A DNA stretch of 62,647 bases, the filler included, from Neophaeotheca triangularis (Eukaryota), in assembly GCA_054600435.1 (NCBI GenBank). It is 4 parts of 4 records of this genome, joined end to end, with 100 filler letters (N's around TTAATTAATTAA, not from the genome) between each part and the next. Parts side by side here need not be neighbours in the genome. Positions count along the whole stretch, not along the records: positions 1 to 17,630 come from BAAIJX010000118.1; 3 more parts are not named here. One strand, 5' to 3'. Below the pieces are notes generated by a model. That model worked only from the letters and a program-made list of their open reading frames with translations. It searched no databases and was not told where the DNA came from. Every line of letters starts with the position of its first letter. The first letter of the stretch is position 1. Made by a program: the position numbers and the translations under genes. Positions 1 through 12,500 of the stretch are shown piece by piece.

Positions 1-1821
1 TATTTCTTACATTACCCGTAAAACACCCCAACTCACTCCCCGTTTCAAACGGTGGCCCCCAGCCCCCCCCCCCCCCCCCTTTCCATCCATCTACCTCACC
101 CCAACTCGTCTCGATCCCGTTTCGAGACAGCATGATCAAGTTCAGAAGCTCGCCTTACATAGTTCGCCGGGTCGCGTTTGCTTCTGACAGAGATCGACCT
201 TTCAAGCGTAGGTGAGAGATGAACTCTTTGGAAAGAATGTTGCAAAACGAGGGTGAAATGAAAAAACACCAAGGACGCTGCCAAGGGACGCTGGTAAGCT
301 ATGTAGTCTATAGGTTACAGCTGACCGAAGCGCGGAGGAGTTGAAAGGATGTCGAGCGCCGTTGAGGGAATGGGAAGATTTTGCTGGGAGATCCTGCCAG
401 AGGTTGAGCGTGCAGAGGTCTTTTGAGAATCGAGATTTTGACGTTTAGATTCCTAGACGACCTCATGCCTTGGCTACCTTCGTCACTATGCGGCTCACTC
501 TCCTCTTCATAACCAAGCAAGATGAGGCAGCTAGAAGGCTAACAGCTCAAGATTAATTCTAGCTATATATTCAACTCAGCAATGAACCCTTCCAGAAAGT
601 GGCGCGATGGCTCAAAGGTATGTCCCCTAACCCCCAAATGTCCTAATACAGACTCACTGACCCAAAACAGATTCCACCCACAAAGTGCGCACGTTCGAGT
701 CCCCGACTCCCCTAGTCTCCAAAAAAAAAAAAGAAAAAGAAAAAAAAGAAGCAAACCGGCCTTGAATTGACATATTCAAGGTGCGTGTGGGTTAAATGCC
801 CCATTTTCTCTTCTCCCACAGGGAGTTTCTCTTTTGCTTTTGCAGGCGCCCATTTGATTACAGGGGAAACGGCGCGGGTAGTTGAGCGAGGCCTTGGGTA
901 ACCATGCTTGATGCTTGCCTGCCTCAGGTAGCAGATAAACGGCCTGCGATCGCGCTGGTTACTGGTAATCCCCTCCCCTCTAGTCAAAAGCCCCTAGGAG
1001 GAGAAGGGAACGAACCTCCAAGCGTAAGATAGATAAGCGAAAACAACACCAAGCTCAAGACCCGTCGAGTGAGAGCAAAGGGGACGTGAAGAAGGAAAAA
1101 GCAAAGTAATCGACTCACTCAGCGGCCCCAAAGATAGAGAGAAGAAAAATCAAAGGACCCGAGGAAAATAGAAGTGGTCAAAAGTAGACTAAAGACTAGA
1201 TACATGCAAACCCCTGGCAAGCTCGCAAAGAGAAAACGGCAACACCCCTGGTATCATAAACAGTGCGTAGCATAAGTAGTCAGCGAAAGCGAAATCGCCG
1301 TGTGCCGTAAGAAGCGTCGAAAAAAAATACCCCCCCCCCCCCCCCCGCTATCTGCCCCAGGACAGATATCTCGAGAATTACCTGCCCTGCCCTGCCCTGC
1401 TTTGACCACATGCCCAGTAAACATAGCAACCATCTGACCTGAGACACAACGCCGCAAGCCCGGACATGACCTCCTTTCACCATGCGCCCCTTCTCTCGCT
1501 TTCTCTCTAGACAACCTGCAGGCAGCCCCTGCATACGTCAAGAGGGCAGGCATCCGATATCCGGCACCCGCGAGCTTCAGAAAGCCTGCTATCATCATCG
1601 AGGCGCCACGCCCAGCTCAACAACAATCAAACCCCTTGATCCTCGAGCAATCGGGCTCAACAAGTCCGTCGCCAAACTTTTGCCAAACGAGCTCGGCCCT
1701 GTTCCTTGATGAGGCGAACTCGAAGGACTTTCGACTCGTGAGTAAGCTAAGCGGCGTGGGCATGACAACGCCCACGATTCTTCTTGGCTGAGGTGTATCA
1801 GACCGTCTCAAACCGTGCCGT

Positions 1822-3933
1822 TCAACTCCGCTCTTCCCGCGTCGGCTCTTCCCCAGCCTCACCCAGCTCCCCATCCGCCTCGCCCTCTCCCCTCACCTCT
1901 CCATCCCCTTCCCCCTCACCCATATTCCCCCTCCCCCTTCTCCGCCTATGCCGCCCATGCACCTTCCCCTTCCCCCGATCCCGCGGCAAAGGTCCATAAT
2001 CATTAACAACCTTGCCCAACTTGGCCTTCTTCTTCAACTTCTGATCATGGCCAACTTCACTCCACAAATCCCTCTCCCCACCCACCCCACCCACCCCACC
2101 CTCACCCGCGAGCTTATCGCCCAAACCCGCTTGCCCGCGTCCCGGACCAAAAGCCGAGCCGCCTCCGGGGGAATCGTGAAGTCGCGCTTCCACAGCATCG
2201 AGGTCTTCTTCGTCGGACGAGGAGACGGAGGAAGTGTCGTCGCTGTCACTGCCAGGTCCCTGCATGAAGACGACTTGGCCCGAGCCCTCTTCGGCTTTGC
2301 GCTCGCGCTGCTCGGTTTTCATTTTCGCCATCAGGTCGGCGTCGGCGACGCAGTCGAGGGTTAGGATGTGTAGGCCTGGTAGGGATTGGGAGAGGAAGGT
2401 TTTGAGCATGGGTAAGAGGGAGGCGTTGGGCCGGTAGGTGCCGCTGTCGTTGTCGATGACTAGTTCGTAGTATTCGGGGTCCTTTGGGGGAGGGGAGTCT
2501 GGGGGGCCGTGGGGGAGGTGGGAGGGCGGGTGCGTGGGGTTCTCCTTCTCGGTTTCCGAGGCGGTGGCCGGGGGTTGTGGCTGGGATTGGGAGGTTTGGA
2601 TTGTGGGTTCGGGAGGTTCTGGGCGGTCGGGGTGTGCGAGGCGGCGGATGAAGAATTCGCCCGCCCAGGCGAGGTACAGGGCTTTGTCGCTGTGCATGTT
2701 GTGTTTGGAGAGCATGTCGACGCCGAACTCGGGGCCGGTTTCGGTGAAGCGCAGGCAGGCGTCGAGGGTGAGGACAAAGGTGAAGATGCGGCCGCCTTGG
2801 TCGTGGCGGACGAGCTCGAGGAAGGCTTGTGTCATACTGCGTGAGGGGCCCGAGGGGAAATGGCCCCAGCGCGTTTCGCGGTCGAAGTGGTAGACGCGGT
2901 TGTGTTGGTGGTGGAGAGCTTTTCCTAAAGCGTAACCGCGGAGACCTGACAAGTTGAACATTCGCGCTACCCAGGGTTTGAATTCGACGAAGCGGTGGTA
3001 AAGTTGGGAGGGGACTGGGCCGCGGAGTTGAAACTGATTGGCTTGGAAGTTGTAGCGTTCGGGGGATTTCTTTTGGGGGGGTTTGGATTTGACGAGCCCG
3101 CCGTGCTGGGTTTCTGTGTCGGGTTCCTTGCGGTTGGTGAGGCGGCCGAGCATGGGGGAGTAGTGTCGGATCCAGTATGAAGGGCCGACTGTATAAGCGC
3201 GAGCTCCTTGGCCGATGTCCTGGGTTCGACCTAGGAGTTGCACGCTGATGTGGAGGCTGCCGTGCATGGCCTTGCCACCATCGAAGCAGGCCGCGCAGCT
3301 CCGAACTAAGTATGCGCGTTTACTACCAGAGCGTTTGTTGATCTTGAATGCTTGATCGCGTATCCCTTCCCATCTATCGTCGATGCCCTTGACATGCACA
3401 TGCGCATTCCCCAACCTATCGTCCGAATCGGTGGGATCCTCATCAACTACCCGGAATTTCAGCGTGAAACCCGACCCTGGCACTCCCGCGACAATCCACT
3501 CAGTATTCCATTCTGGGTCCGTGTTCTTCCTCACCGTCTCCGTTCGTGTTTTTATCAACGGGTCTTCTCTATGTCTTCGTGGTAGTTGGGTGTCCAGTTC
3601 CGCTTCTACGTAAGGGTCGGAGCTGAGGGAGTTGACGTCGGCCATTGGGAGGTTGGTTGCGCGGTGAATGGTGATTTTGATTGTATAGGTGGGTAGATTT
3701 GCTTGCGGAAGGGGTGTGCTGTCGTAGCCGCCTGGAGGACCATCCTGCCCGCTATTGGATGAGGCTGCCGAGGACGAGGATCTGGATCTTGTTGGTGGTG
3801 GTGGTGGTGCCGCTGCTGCCACCCGTTTTTCGCCGTCCGCGGCCATTTGTGCTTCAGCCTGCGCCGGCTTCTCATGCCTTCCTTCCGGTCCTCCACCAGA
3901 CGACACAGCCTTCTCGTTCGAGTCCTCCTGCAT
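1822..3933 (-). CDS. C2 domain-containing protein (fungal family)
   Basis: 703-aa ORF. N-terminal C2 pattern TIKITIHRATNLPMADVNSLSSDPYV...TRTETVRKNTDPEWN...FRVVDED...DDRLG, then a globular region (YNFQANQFQLRGPVP, LSKHNMHSD, IDNDSGTYRP). A 3' splice-site-like CCCTAG lies just upstream of the ATG, so an upstream exon is possible. Confidence 0.85.
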   Translation of the reverse strand: MQEDSNEKAVSSGGGPEGRHEKPAQAEAQMAADGEKRVAAAAPPPPPTRSRSSSSAASSNSGQDGPPGGYDSTPLPQANLPTYTIKITIHRATNLPMADVNSLSSDPYVEAELDTQLPRRHREDPLIKTRTETVRKNTDPEWNTEWIVAGVPGSGFTLKFRVVDEDPTDSDDRLGNAHVHVKGIDDRWEGIRDQAFKINKRSGSKRAYLVRSCAACFDGGKAMHGSLHISVQLLGRTQDIGQGARAYTVGPSYWIRHYSPMLGRLTNRKEPDTETQHGGLVKSKPPQKKSPERYNFQANQFQLRGPVPSQLYHRFVEFKPWVARMFNLSGLRGYALGKALHHQHNRVYHFDRETRWGHFPSGPSRSMTQAFLELVRHDQGGRIFTFVLTLDACLRFTETGPEFGVDMLSKHNMHSDKALYLAWAGEFFIRRLAHPDRPEPPEPTIQTSQSQPQPPATASETEKENPTHPPSHLPHGPPDSPPPKDPEYYELVIDNDSGTYRPNASLLPMLKTFLSQSLPGLHILTLDCVADADLMAKMKTEQRERKAEEGSGQVVFMQGPGSDSDDTSSVSSSDEEDLDAVEARLHDSPGGGSAFGPGRGQAGLGDKLAGEGGVGGVGGERDLWSEVGHDQKLKKKAKLGKVVNDYGPLPRDRGKGKVHGRHRRRRGRGNMGEGEGDGEVRGEGEADGELGEAGEEPTREERS

Positions 3934-5267
3934 GATAGGCTAGGGTATGCGTCCGTCGCGCTCAGTACTACCGCATCGCCCCAGATGCAAGCTTTTTGAC
4001 TGGTAACTCTCACCAAGGGGTGCAATCCAAGAACAAAGAGGAGTCGAGAGAGGGGGAGTAGTAACAACAAGCAAAGAAGAGCACCTCATGCATACCTATC
4101 TGAGGTAAGGACTGTACCAACCTCTAGGTAGGAGGTGGGTAGGTCGACTACGTAACCTTCCCTACTACCGACCCCCCACGCAGCCACCGGGCGATAGCGA
4201 GCTAGGCTAAGCAAACTAGTCAAGCGTGCCAGAGACAGACAGACATACAGTAGTAGTACTAGGCAGGGCAAGTGTCAAGAAAAACCTGAAACTTGGACAG
4301 ACGCGGCGCCGAGACGGATGAACAGGCCAACCGTCCCGTTGTTGCTCGAAGATCTTGAGCCGTTCGAGTTAGCGGGGGATTCGTCACGCATCACAAGCTC
4401 GCCAAGCTTTACTCCCAAGCTTCGTCCCGTCGTCTTCTGAGCCCGATTCGGTCGGCCTTATCGTAAGGCTGGGGAGGACTCGATTTTCCACCTCTACCGT
4501 CCCGTCTCCAGATCACGAACATCGACCTGTCTCGAACGAGGCAATCTTGGAACCCGTACAAGGCATGCGATACCAAGGAAAATGATGAGATGAAATGAGA
4601 TGTTCCGAGCAACCACCCCAAAACCAAGACGGGCAGAGAAGCGACACCAAAAACTCTAATCGCCAGCCCTACCAGATCCAGCCCCAGCCACCGACCTCAC
4701 ATCCCCAAACCGGCAGCTGTCACGCCATTTCTGGAGGTACGTGTCTACGTGTCCCAGAACCGTGTCAGGAGAGTCGAGCGGGGTAGTTGGTCTGATTGTA
4801 GGTTGGACTCAGTTGCTACATCAGGAATCGTCTGCTAGAGGTCGAGCAGTTCGACATTGTTATGTGCTGCCTACGTTACCTATCGTGTACTGTTGTCATC
4901 ACGTGGCAACGACTCTCCCGAGTTTGCATGAGCAGCATTCTATGAGTTAATGAACTTCAGGCGTGGTATTACGGCTATTTCGAGCCACCAACCCCGCTGC
5001 TTTTGTCGTGTACGCTGCTCGATTAAGGTATGATGGACTGGATAAGAAGCGTCATGTAATGTGATGCAGAGCAAGAGATAAAAGTAGCATACAACATGAC
5101 CTTAGCGAAAGTGGTGGTATCTCTGGTTTCCCAATAGCAACGAACGCACGCCGGATTCAAACGCCGAGACCCACGATCAAGGCCTCCTTTTGCTGATCTC
5201 GCTTCCTGCTTCCCAGTGCCGCGGGCTATCCTCTTGGACAGATAAGAATTAATGAATCACATCTCAT

Positions 5268-6521
5268 TCACTCCAAGACGACCTCATCCAGCTGGAAAGC
5301 CTCCTCGTCCTCGTTCTGTTCCTCGTTCCGCTTCTTCTGGCCATCTCCCCCCAACTCCCCCAACACCAAGTCGTCCTCCTCCCCAGTGCGACCCAAGTTC
5401 AGCCCCAACAGCTTGTCCAACGTCGTGCCCCCAACAGTCTTACCTCCCTCGCCATCCTCACGCGCATTCTCACCCCTCCCCTCCTCCTTTAAAACCCCCG
5501 ACAGTGGCTTCCTCGCGGCCCCCGAGACCGCCCTCCCCTTCGAGTAACCAAGCGTAGTATTGGAGGCAACCCTCGCAGCCGTGTGTCTCGGATTGCCCTT
5601 CCCAGTAGCAGCCCCACGCGTCGTCTCCCTGGATGTAGCTCTCTTCCCAACAACCAGGGGCTTCCGCGCCTTAGTCGCAACAGTCGGCGCAGCAAAACCC
5701 GGAACTCCACTCGAAGCGGACGAAAGCGCCGAAGCCGCAGACCGCGAACGCAGCGTCGACGGCTCCTTCTTCGCAGCCACCGCCAACGGATCCCTCGCAG
5801 TCCCCTGCAGCACCGGCGCCGCCTTTTTGCCAGGCGTCCCCCTCTTCACCTTCCGCCCCTCTACTTCCCGAATCTTCGTCTCCAAATCACTAAAACCCTC
5901 CTCCTCATCCTCACTCCCCTTGGCACCGCGGTCGGAGAAGGCGCCCCACCAACCGCGCGAGAAATTCGCGCCCTCAAACTGCGGGTATGTGCGTTCCGCG
6001 GGCCAGAGGTCGGGGGATGGGTGGTCTGGGAGCGGGGTCTCGCGAGCGGGCATGTGCTCGATGGGCGGGAGGAGGGCTTCTTCATCTTCTGCTTCTTGCT
6101 CTTCGGAGGCGGTTGGGTCGTGGATTTTGAGGAGGCCACGGCGGTGGCGCGGGCTCGCGGCTTTGGGAGCTTGGGATTTGGGAGCGGCGAGAGAGGTGGG
6201 GTTGTTATTGTTAGGGTGGAGGGTTTTGGCGTTGGTGGTTTTTTGGCCTAGGGGGGCGCGGTTGGTGCGGGGTGCAGGGGTTTGAAAGGCGTTTCGTTTG
6301 GAGGAGTCGAAGAGGGCATTGTCTTGCTTGGGTTTGCCTGTCGTGGGTTTGTTGAAAAGAAGTTGAGTGTTTTCGTCCGGTTTGAAGGGGGTTTTGGGGG
6401 CTTTGTTGTTGCTGGGGGTTTTGGGAGCTAGGGGTTTGAGGTTTTGGTTGGCGGGTTTGGCGGCGGCGGCGGTTTGTTGTGAGTAGATTGCATTTTCTTG
6501 ATTCGCTCTTGCGGCGAACAT
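5268..6521 (-). CDS. securin-like cell-cycle protein (probable APC/C substrate)
   Basis: ORF from ATG 6521 (MFAARANQEN...), 417 aa, mostly disordered. Contains D-box RAPLGQKTTN (RxxLxxxxN), many TP/SP sites and an acidic stretch followed by PPIEHMP resembling the securin separase-binding segment. Confidence 0.6.
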   Translation of the reverse strand: MFAARANQENAIYSQQTAAAAKPANQNLKPLAPKTPSNNKAPKTPFKPDENTQLLFNKPTTGKPKQDNALFDSSKRNAFQTPAPRTNRAPLGQKTTNAKTLHPNNNNPTSLAAPKSQAPKAASPRHRRGLLKIHDPTASEEQEAEDEEALLPPIEHMPARETPLPDHPSPDLWPAERTYPQFEGANFSRGWWGAFSDRGAKGSEDEEEGFSDLETKIREVEGRKVKRGTPGKKAAPVLQGTARDPLAVAAKKEPSTLRSRSAASALSSASSGVPGFAAPTVATKARKPLVVGKRATSRETTRGAATGKGNPRHTAARVASNTTLGYSKGRAVSGAARKPLSGVLKEEGRGENAREDGEGGKTVGGTTLDKLLGLNLGRTGEEDDLVLGELGGDGQKKRNEEQNEDEEAFQLDEVVLE

Positions 6522-6918
6522 GTTTCTGTTATCAAGATACAATGAGTGATGCCGCTATCATTCCTCAGTGGTATTGGTAATGGTTGTGCTTTCAATGTTG
6601 ATCACGCTTCTTGCCCCGTGTTTAGATTTTTCCTATTCGAGACGAGCATGGGTGTCGCCAGGAAGGATAGCCGAGAATTACGCTTTAGCTGCATGGAAAC
6701 GAAACGCCGAGCGACCCTGAGGCGGGCTTGAGCTGCACTTTGTCAACACCGACTTCCACATCTATTCACATCCACTGAACGACTACTACCTCACATCCCA
6801 CTCGACTTCTCTCGACAGACCGACACTTCACACCACCAATACATACCGGCACTCCACTTCGATCTTATCTCAATCTCACTCTCCACACTCTCTCAATACC
6901 ACACACCTACCCGCAAAC

Positions 6919-7619
6919 ATGGACGCCATCAAAAAGGTAAGCAAAACACCAGGCATCTGCCCCTCATTCCCACTCCCCTTCACCCCTGTTCACCGCTTGA
7001 AAAGCAACAAACTTTCCAAACCCAACCTTCTCAAACCGCCATTCAGCAGTCCCCACTGACACACCCAACCCCAGCGCATGAACGCCCTCCGCATCGAAGC
7101 CGACGACAGCGCCGCCAAAGTCGAAGACCTCTCCAGCAAAGTCAAGACGCTCGAGCAAGAGAACCTGCAAAAGGAGCAAGAAATCACTTCACTCACGCAC
7201 CGCAACCAACTGCTGGAAGCCGAAGTCGAGAAGCTGGAGGGTTTACACAAGGACGCCAAATCGGCCGCCGAGGAAGGGGCGCAGGGGGCCACACAGAACG
7301 AGACCCTTACTCGTCGGCTGCAGTTGCTCGAGGAGGAGGCGGACGAGAATGAGAAGAACTTGAGGGAAACGAATGAGAAGTGAGCTTTTCCATCCTTTGT
7401 CCTCTTTCTTCTGCATTCGCGGAGATGACGAATGCTAACACTTCCACCCCACCTAGACTCCGCCAAACCGACGTCAAAGCCGGCCACTTTGAGCGCAAAG
7501 TGCAAGCCCTCGAGGCCTCTCGCGACCAATGGGAGACAAAGTACGAAGAGATGGCCAAGAAGTACGCCGACACGCGCAAGGAGCTTGACGATTTCGTCGC
7601 CGAGATTGGTAACATCTAA
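6919..7619 (+). CDS. TPM1: tropomyosin
   Basis: Exons 6919-6936, 7075-7379, 7457-7619 (GTAAGC..CAG; GTGAGC..TAG with GCTAAC branch). Product is 161 aa, MDAIKKRMNALRIEAD...LRQTDVKAGHFERKVQALE...EIGNI, the size and sequence of fungal tropomyosin (Cdc8/Tpm1). Confidence 0.95.
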
Positions 7620-8375
7620 ACCCATCACACACATCATCACCACATACCCCTCAAGCAAAAGCACAGCCAGAAATCCGAAATCCTCAAGTATTATTCTATT
7701 TTCCATACTCATCTCATGGACTTTTCCGTCTCCCCTCTTCAGCGTGCTGAAAGTCACACATTTACACACACACACACACATTCACATCTCTGATTTGTGC
7801 CGTGTGATTTTTCCGGCATAAAGGCGCGTTCGATCCGACTTCTTTCTCGCCGGCTACGCCCTCTTCGCCAAAAATCTCGACAGCGGCGAATTCGAGGGAT
7901 GTTTTTGTTGCAAAGGAGTCGTTCAAGAGTGGTGATTACAAGAGGTGAACTGGTTTGAAGAAGACGGTTTGAGCTATGGGCTTTCAATGGGGCTTTCGAT
8001 GGACGATGTGGTTGTTATGGCTTTGAAGGAGCGGCTGGTGTGATCGGGAGAGTTTCCTGCGGTCGTAGCTGATGATGAGAAATTTGATTCCCTGAGTATT
8101 TTACGGAGTTTCACCTGGTATGGCGGTTTTTTGTAATGATCTCTCTCAGCAGAGTGTGAGATTGCCAACGTCGGTTCAGGGGCGGGTTAAGTCATGAGGT
8201 TGGACCGAATATCCGATCCTGTACAGACACACCATGGACAAGCCGTCCTCATACAGACAGACAGACATAAAGGGGGGTATCAACGCTCGTCGACGTACAA
8301 ACGCACCCTCGCATCGTAATCCACATCTCCCCATAGCCCCAAAACCCTATACATGCACTAACTTTTACGCTTATT

Positions 8376-9276
8376 TCACTCCCCCTTCCTCGCCTTAGCA
8401 GCTTTAGCATTCCGACTCTTCTGCTTAAACCTCGTAACTTTCCGCTCAGCTTTACTCTCATACCGAAACTTCTTCTTCTTCTCCTTGCGAACCCTCTCCT
8501 CCTTTCTCCCGGCGCTCCGCTGTTTCAGTTTCTTCGCCCGAGCTTCATCATCTTCGATTTTCTTCTTCAAAGCAATTTCAGCCGCCAGTCGGGTTTCCTC
8601 ATCGTCCTCGTCGTCGTCCGGGGCGTCTTCCATGGGCGCCACCGTTACCGTCGTGAATTTGTCTTCGTCTACGTAGTCTTCGTCTTCCGGGACGGGTTGT
8701 TGGGGGGTTTCCGCTGGGGTTTCATCGTCGTCGTCATCGGAGGAGGTCGAGTTGCTCGAAGCTTTTTCCGGCTTGTTGTCGACTTCGTTGAGGATGTCTT
8801 GTTGTTTTTGGAATTCGGCTTTGATGGCTTCGTAGTGTTTTTGGTGGTCTTGCTTGCGTTGTTCCCGGAGCTGTGGTGCGAGTATCGAATGATTAGCCCT
8901 GTATGCTTTACCCCCACCTACTAGGATGTCCCCTTGCAAGCCCAGAATATGATGTCGTCCTCTGCAGACTCCTGCTATTTCACCCTCTTCGTGTTCCATA
9001 GTAAACCCCCTTCACACTCCACTTCCCTCAGCGCAGACAAAGAGAAATTGCCAAAAAACTCACCTCCCGCCTCTCCCGTACCCTCTCCTCCTTTTCTTTG
9101 GCTTGCGCGGTACTTTGTGCTTTCTCCTTGCGCTCTACTTTCCGCTTGTGGAAACCAGTCAAATAATCCTGGCGAGCTGCCGGGTCAAAGGATAAATCTT
9201 GCACCGGCTCGTGTTTGGGCGGGCGAGAGAGTTTGAGCTTTTTCGCTGGATTGGGGTTTTTGCCTTGGTAGACCAT
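8376..9276 (-). CDS. RRP17: ribosomal RNA-processing protein 17 (Nop25/Rrp17 family)
   Basis: Exons 9276-9064 and 8870-8376 (intron GTGAGT..CAG with GCTAAT branch). Motifs SFDPAARQDYLTGFHKRKVERK, VDEDKFTTVTV and KKKKFRYESKAERK. Confidence 0.9.
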
Positions 9277-9559
9277 ATTGGGCGGTATGCAGGGTAAAAG
9301 GGTGGTGGGTTCGTGGTGAACGGTTGGAATGGTGATGGGAGGTGGTATTGGTGAGCGTGAATGTCTTTTTTTCACGTGAAAGTTGCGGATTTGAGAAAGC
9401 TCGGGCCTGCGGTTGCCGATTGAGCTTCTTTGGGAAGGAAGCTTGTTCGAGGTCGGGTCGTCTGATCTCATGCTACAGAGTTACTTCTCTTCAATCACTA
9501 CTACCCAGTCCAACAACCTACCTACCTACCTACCTACATGGCTGGAAGAGACCAACAAC

Positions 9560-12500
9560 ATGGACGACTTCCATACTTTTGCCTCCGACGACGATGACGG
9601 TCTCGACAACGACTTTGGCAAATACCTCGGCGTGCTCAATGCCCGTGACACCACCATCCAAATCCTCCTCTCTGCAGCCTTGGGAATAACCGCCTTCCTC
9701 GCCTTTTGCTTCCTCCGCCCACGATGGCCGGGTCTTTACTCCGCCCGCAAACAGCACAAAGATGAAAGCGATGCTCTTCCTGACCTACCCGACACCTTTT
9801 TCGGCTGGATAATGCCCCTATGGCGCATCACAGACCAACAAGTACTCGCTTCGGCAGGCTTGGACGCTTATGTCTTTCTAGCGTTTTTCAAACTGGCAAT
9901 CAAGTTCTTGACCATTACCTTCTTCTTATCCCTCATCATCATCAAGCCTGTTCATGATGCTTACCCGGAAGAGGACTCTCCCGGCAAGAACGGAACCAAA
10001 CACAATTCCACTAAACATCACCATGGCGGGCATGAGTATAACTTCCTTGGCGGCAGATCGATTGATTTGCAGGCGTATAATGGTTCCTACAACTTCCTAC
10101 CCGACGATTTCGAAACCGATTACCTTTGGATGTATGTTGCTTTCGCCTACTTGTTCACGGGGATTGCTGTGTATTTGGTGATTTCGGAAACCCGCCGTAT
10201 TATTGAAGTGCGGCAAGAGTTTCTTGGTGGACAGACGACCATAACGGATCGGACGATACGATTGTCTGGCGTTCCCCGTGAGTTGCAGGATGAGGCGAAG
10301 ATCAAGGAGTTTATTGAGAGTTTGGACATTGGCAAGGTGGACAGCGTCATGCTTTGTCGGAAGTGGAAGGAATTGGATGATGCTATGGTTGCGAGGATGG
10401 ATACTTTGAGGAGATTGGAAGAAGCCTATTCAATTCATGCTGGGAATAGGAGTGTGGAGAGGAATTTGGAGAGCTTGCCTGTTGCGCAGCCGGAGCCACC
10501 GGAGCCGCTGATCGAAGGATTGGATGAGGAGGAGGGCAGGGAAGGGGAGGGAGATGGATTACTTGGTGGAAATGGCGCGCCGGCTGCTCCATCGCCGACG
10601 GTCCGCCCACCGTACGCACATATGCGACCTACCACTAAAGTGCGATACGGTCGTTTCAAACTCCGGAGTAAAACAGTCGACGCCATCACTCACTACGAGC
10701 AACTCCTCCGCGAAGCCGACGAAGAAATCGCCACGCTCCGCAAGAAGGATTTTGAACCGACCCCCCTCGCCTTTGTAACAATGGACTCGGTCGCCTCTTG
10801 CCAGATGGCCGTTCAAGCCGTCCTAGACCCCTCCCCACTCCAACTAATCGCAAACCAATCCCCAGCACCGGCCGATGTCATCTGGCCAAACACTTACATT
10901 TCTCGTCGAGGCCGCATGTTTCGCTCTTGGTCCATAACTCTTCTTATCGTTCTCCTCACCATTTTCTGGTCGGCCGTCTTTGTCCCTATCGCCGGTCTTC
11001 TCAACACATCCGCCATAGGCAAAGTCCTTCCACAGCTCGCCGAGTTCCTCGAAGACCACCGCAACCTTTCCTCCCTCGTCAACACGCAGTTGCCCACGCT
11101 CATAGCCTCGCTGCTTATGGTCCTAGTGCCCTATCTCTACTACTACCTCTCCACCCACCAAGGCTTCATCTCGCAAGGCGAAATCGAGCTATCGACAATC
11201 AGCAAAAACTTCTTCTTCACGTTCTTCAATTTTTTCGTCATCTTTACTGTCTTGGGCACGGCGAGCAAGTTTTACCAATTCTTCGAACGATTTGGGGACG
11301 CCATTAAGGACTTCAGGAAAGTGGCCTATACGCTTGCGTTGTCTTTGCAGCGGTTATTGAACTTTTACGTCGATTTTATCATTTTGCAGGGGTTTGGACT
11401 ATTTCCTTTCCGTTTGTTGGAAGTGGGAAGCGTGGTCATGTACCCACTCATGCTGATGGGAGCGAAGACCCCAAGAGGTAAGAACTAACCCCCTTCTTAC
11501 TATCCTATCCCTAACTAATATTCTCCAGACTACGCCGAATTAATCCAACCCCCCGTCTTCAGCTACGGCTTCTATCTACCTTCGGCCCTACTAATCTTCA
11601 TCATCGCTCTCGTCTACAGCGTCCTCCGCTCCTCCTGGCAGGTCCTCCTCGCCTCCCTCGCCTACTTCACCCTCGGCCACGCCGTCTACAAATACCAACT
11701 CCTCTACGCCATGGACCATGGCCAACACTCGACTGGCGCCGGCTGGGGCATGATCTGCGACCGCATCTTTGTCGGCCTCGTCTTCTTCCAACTCACAACT
11801 GCCGGCCAGCTCCTCCTCAAACAAGCCGTCACCCGCTCCCTCCTCATGGTCCCGCTCGTCATCGCCACCGTCTGGTTCTGCGTCGTCTACGGCCGCACTT
11901 ACAAACCCCTCATGCGGTTTATTGCCCTCCGTAGTGTCCGCACCGCTTCGATGCGTGCCTCCGCTCCCGCCGGCTACCGCGACTCCTCACCCGTGGGTGA
12001 AGGCGAAGTCTCCCAAGGAGGTCAAGGCATGGACGCCGCGGCCGATGCAAGCATGAGCGACGAGCTCGCGACCGCGGCCCTGGCGGAGAATGTCTGGGCT
12101 TCGTCGTCATCGACGCCGGAGTCTTCTACCCCCAAAGGTGTGCCCAGCAGGCGTGGCGACGAAACGCTCAGGCGCTTGAGGTATGCGCGTGAGACTCGCG
12201 CGGGTAGGTATGTTGATGAGAGTCGCGAGAGTGGGGTTAGGTTTATCAATCCTAGTTTGGTCGCGCCGTGAGTCTTTGCCCTCTTTTCCTTTTATCCTCC
12301 CCTTCCCATTCGCCGTGAGTGGGGTCAGGGAGTTTTTGAACTACTGGCTGCATGGCTGGATTTAGTTTCGAAGGTGCTCAGCTGTCCGCGAGGTTCCAAT
12401 CTCAGCATCAGTTCTCCGAGGAGGCTCTGCTGGAATCGGACCCGAGGCGACAAGCTCGTCTCTCCAGCTATCCACATGCATCTCCCACTAGCCGTCGGGT

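Noticed and set aside
1..1800. Several 60-114-aa ORFs in the first 1.8 kb
   Set aside because: Short, interrupted by homopolymer-derived runs, with no domains or consistent splice signals; treated as intergenic or UTR.
7828..7836. Isolated B-box-like GTTCGATCC
   Set aside because: No cloverleaf, A box or matching TATA/terminator arrangement; expected by chance.
7749..7995. GAAAGTC and CAATGGGGCTT resemble RNase MRP CR-I/CR-V
   Set aside because: The bases after GAAAGTC (ACAC) cannot pair with GGGG to form helix P4, and a (CA)n tract intervenes.
8069..8096. TGATGATGA...CTGA as a C/D snoRNA
   Set aside because: Boxes are too close together; no terminal D box, terminal stem or recognisable rRNA guide.
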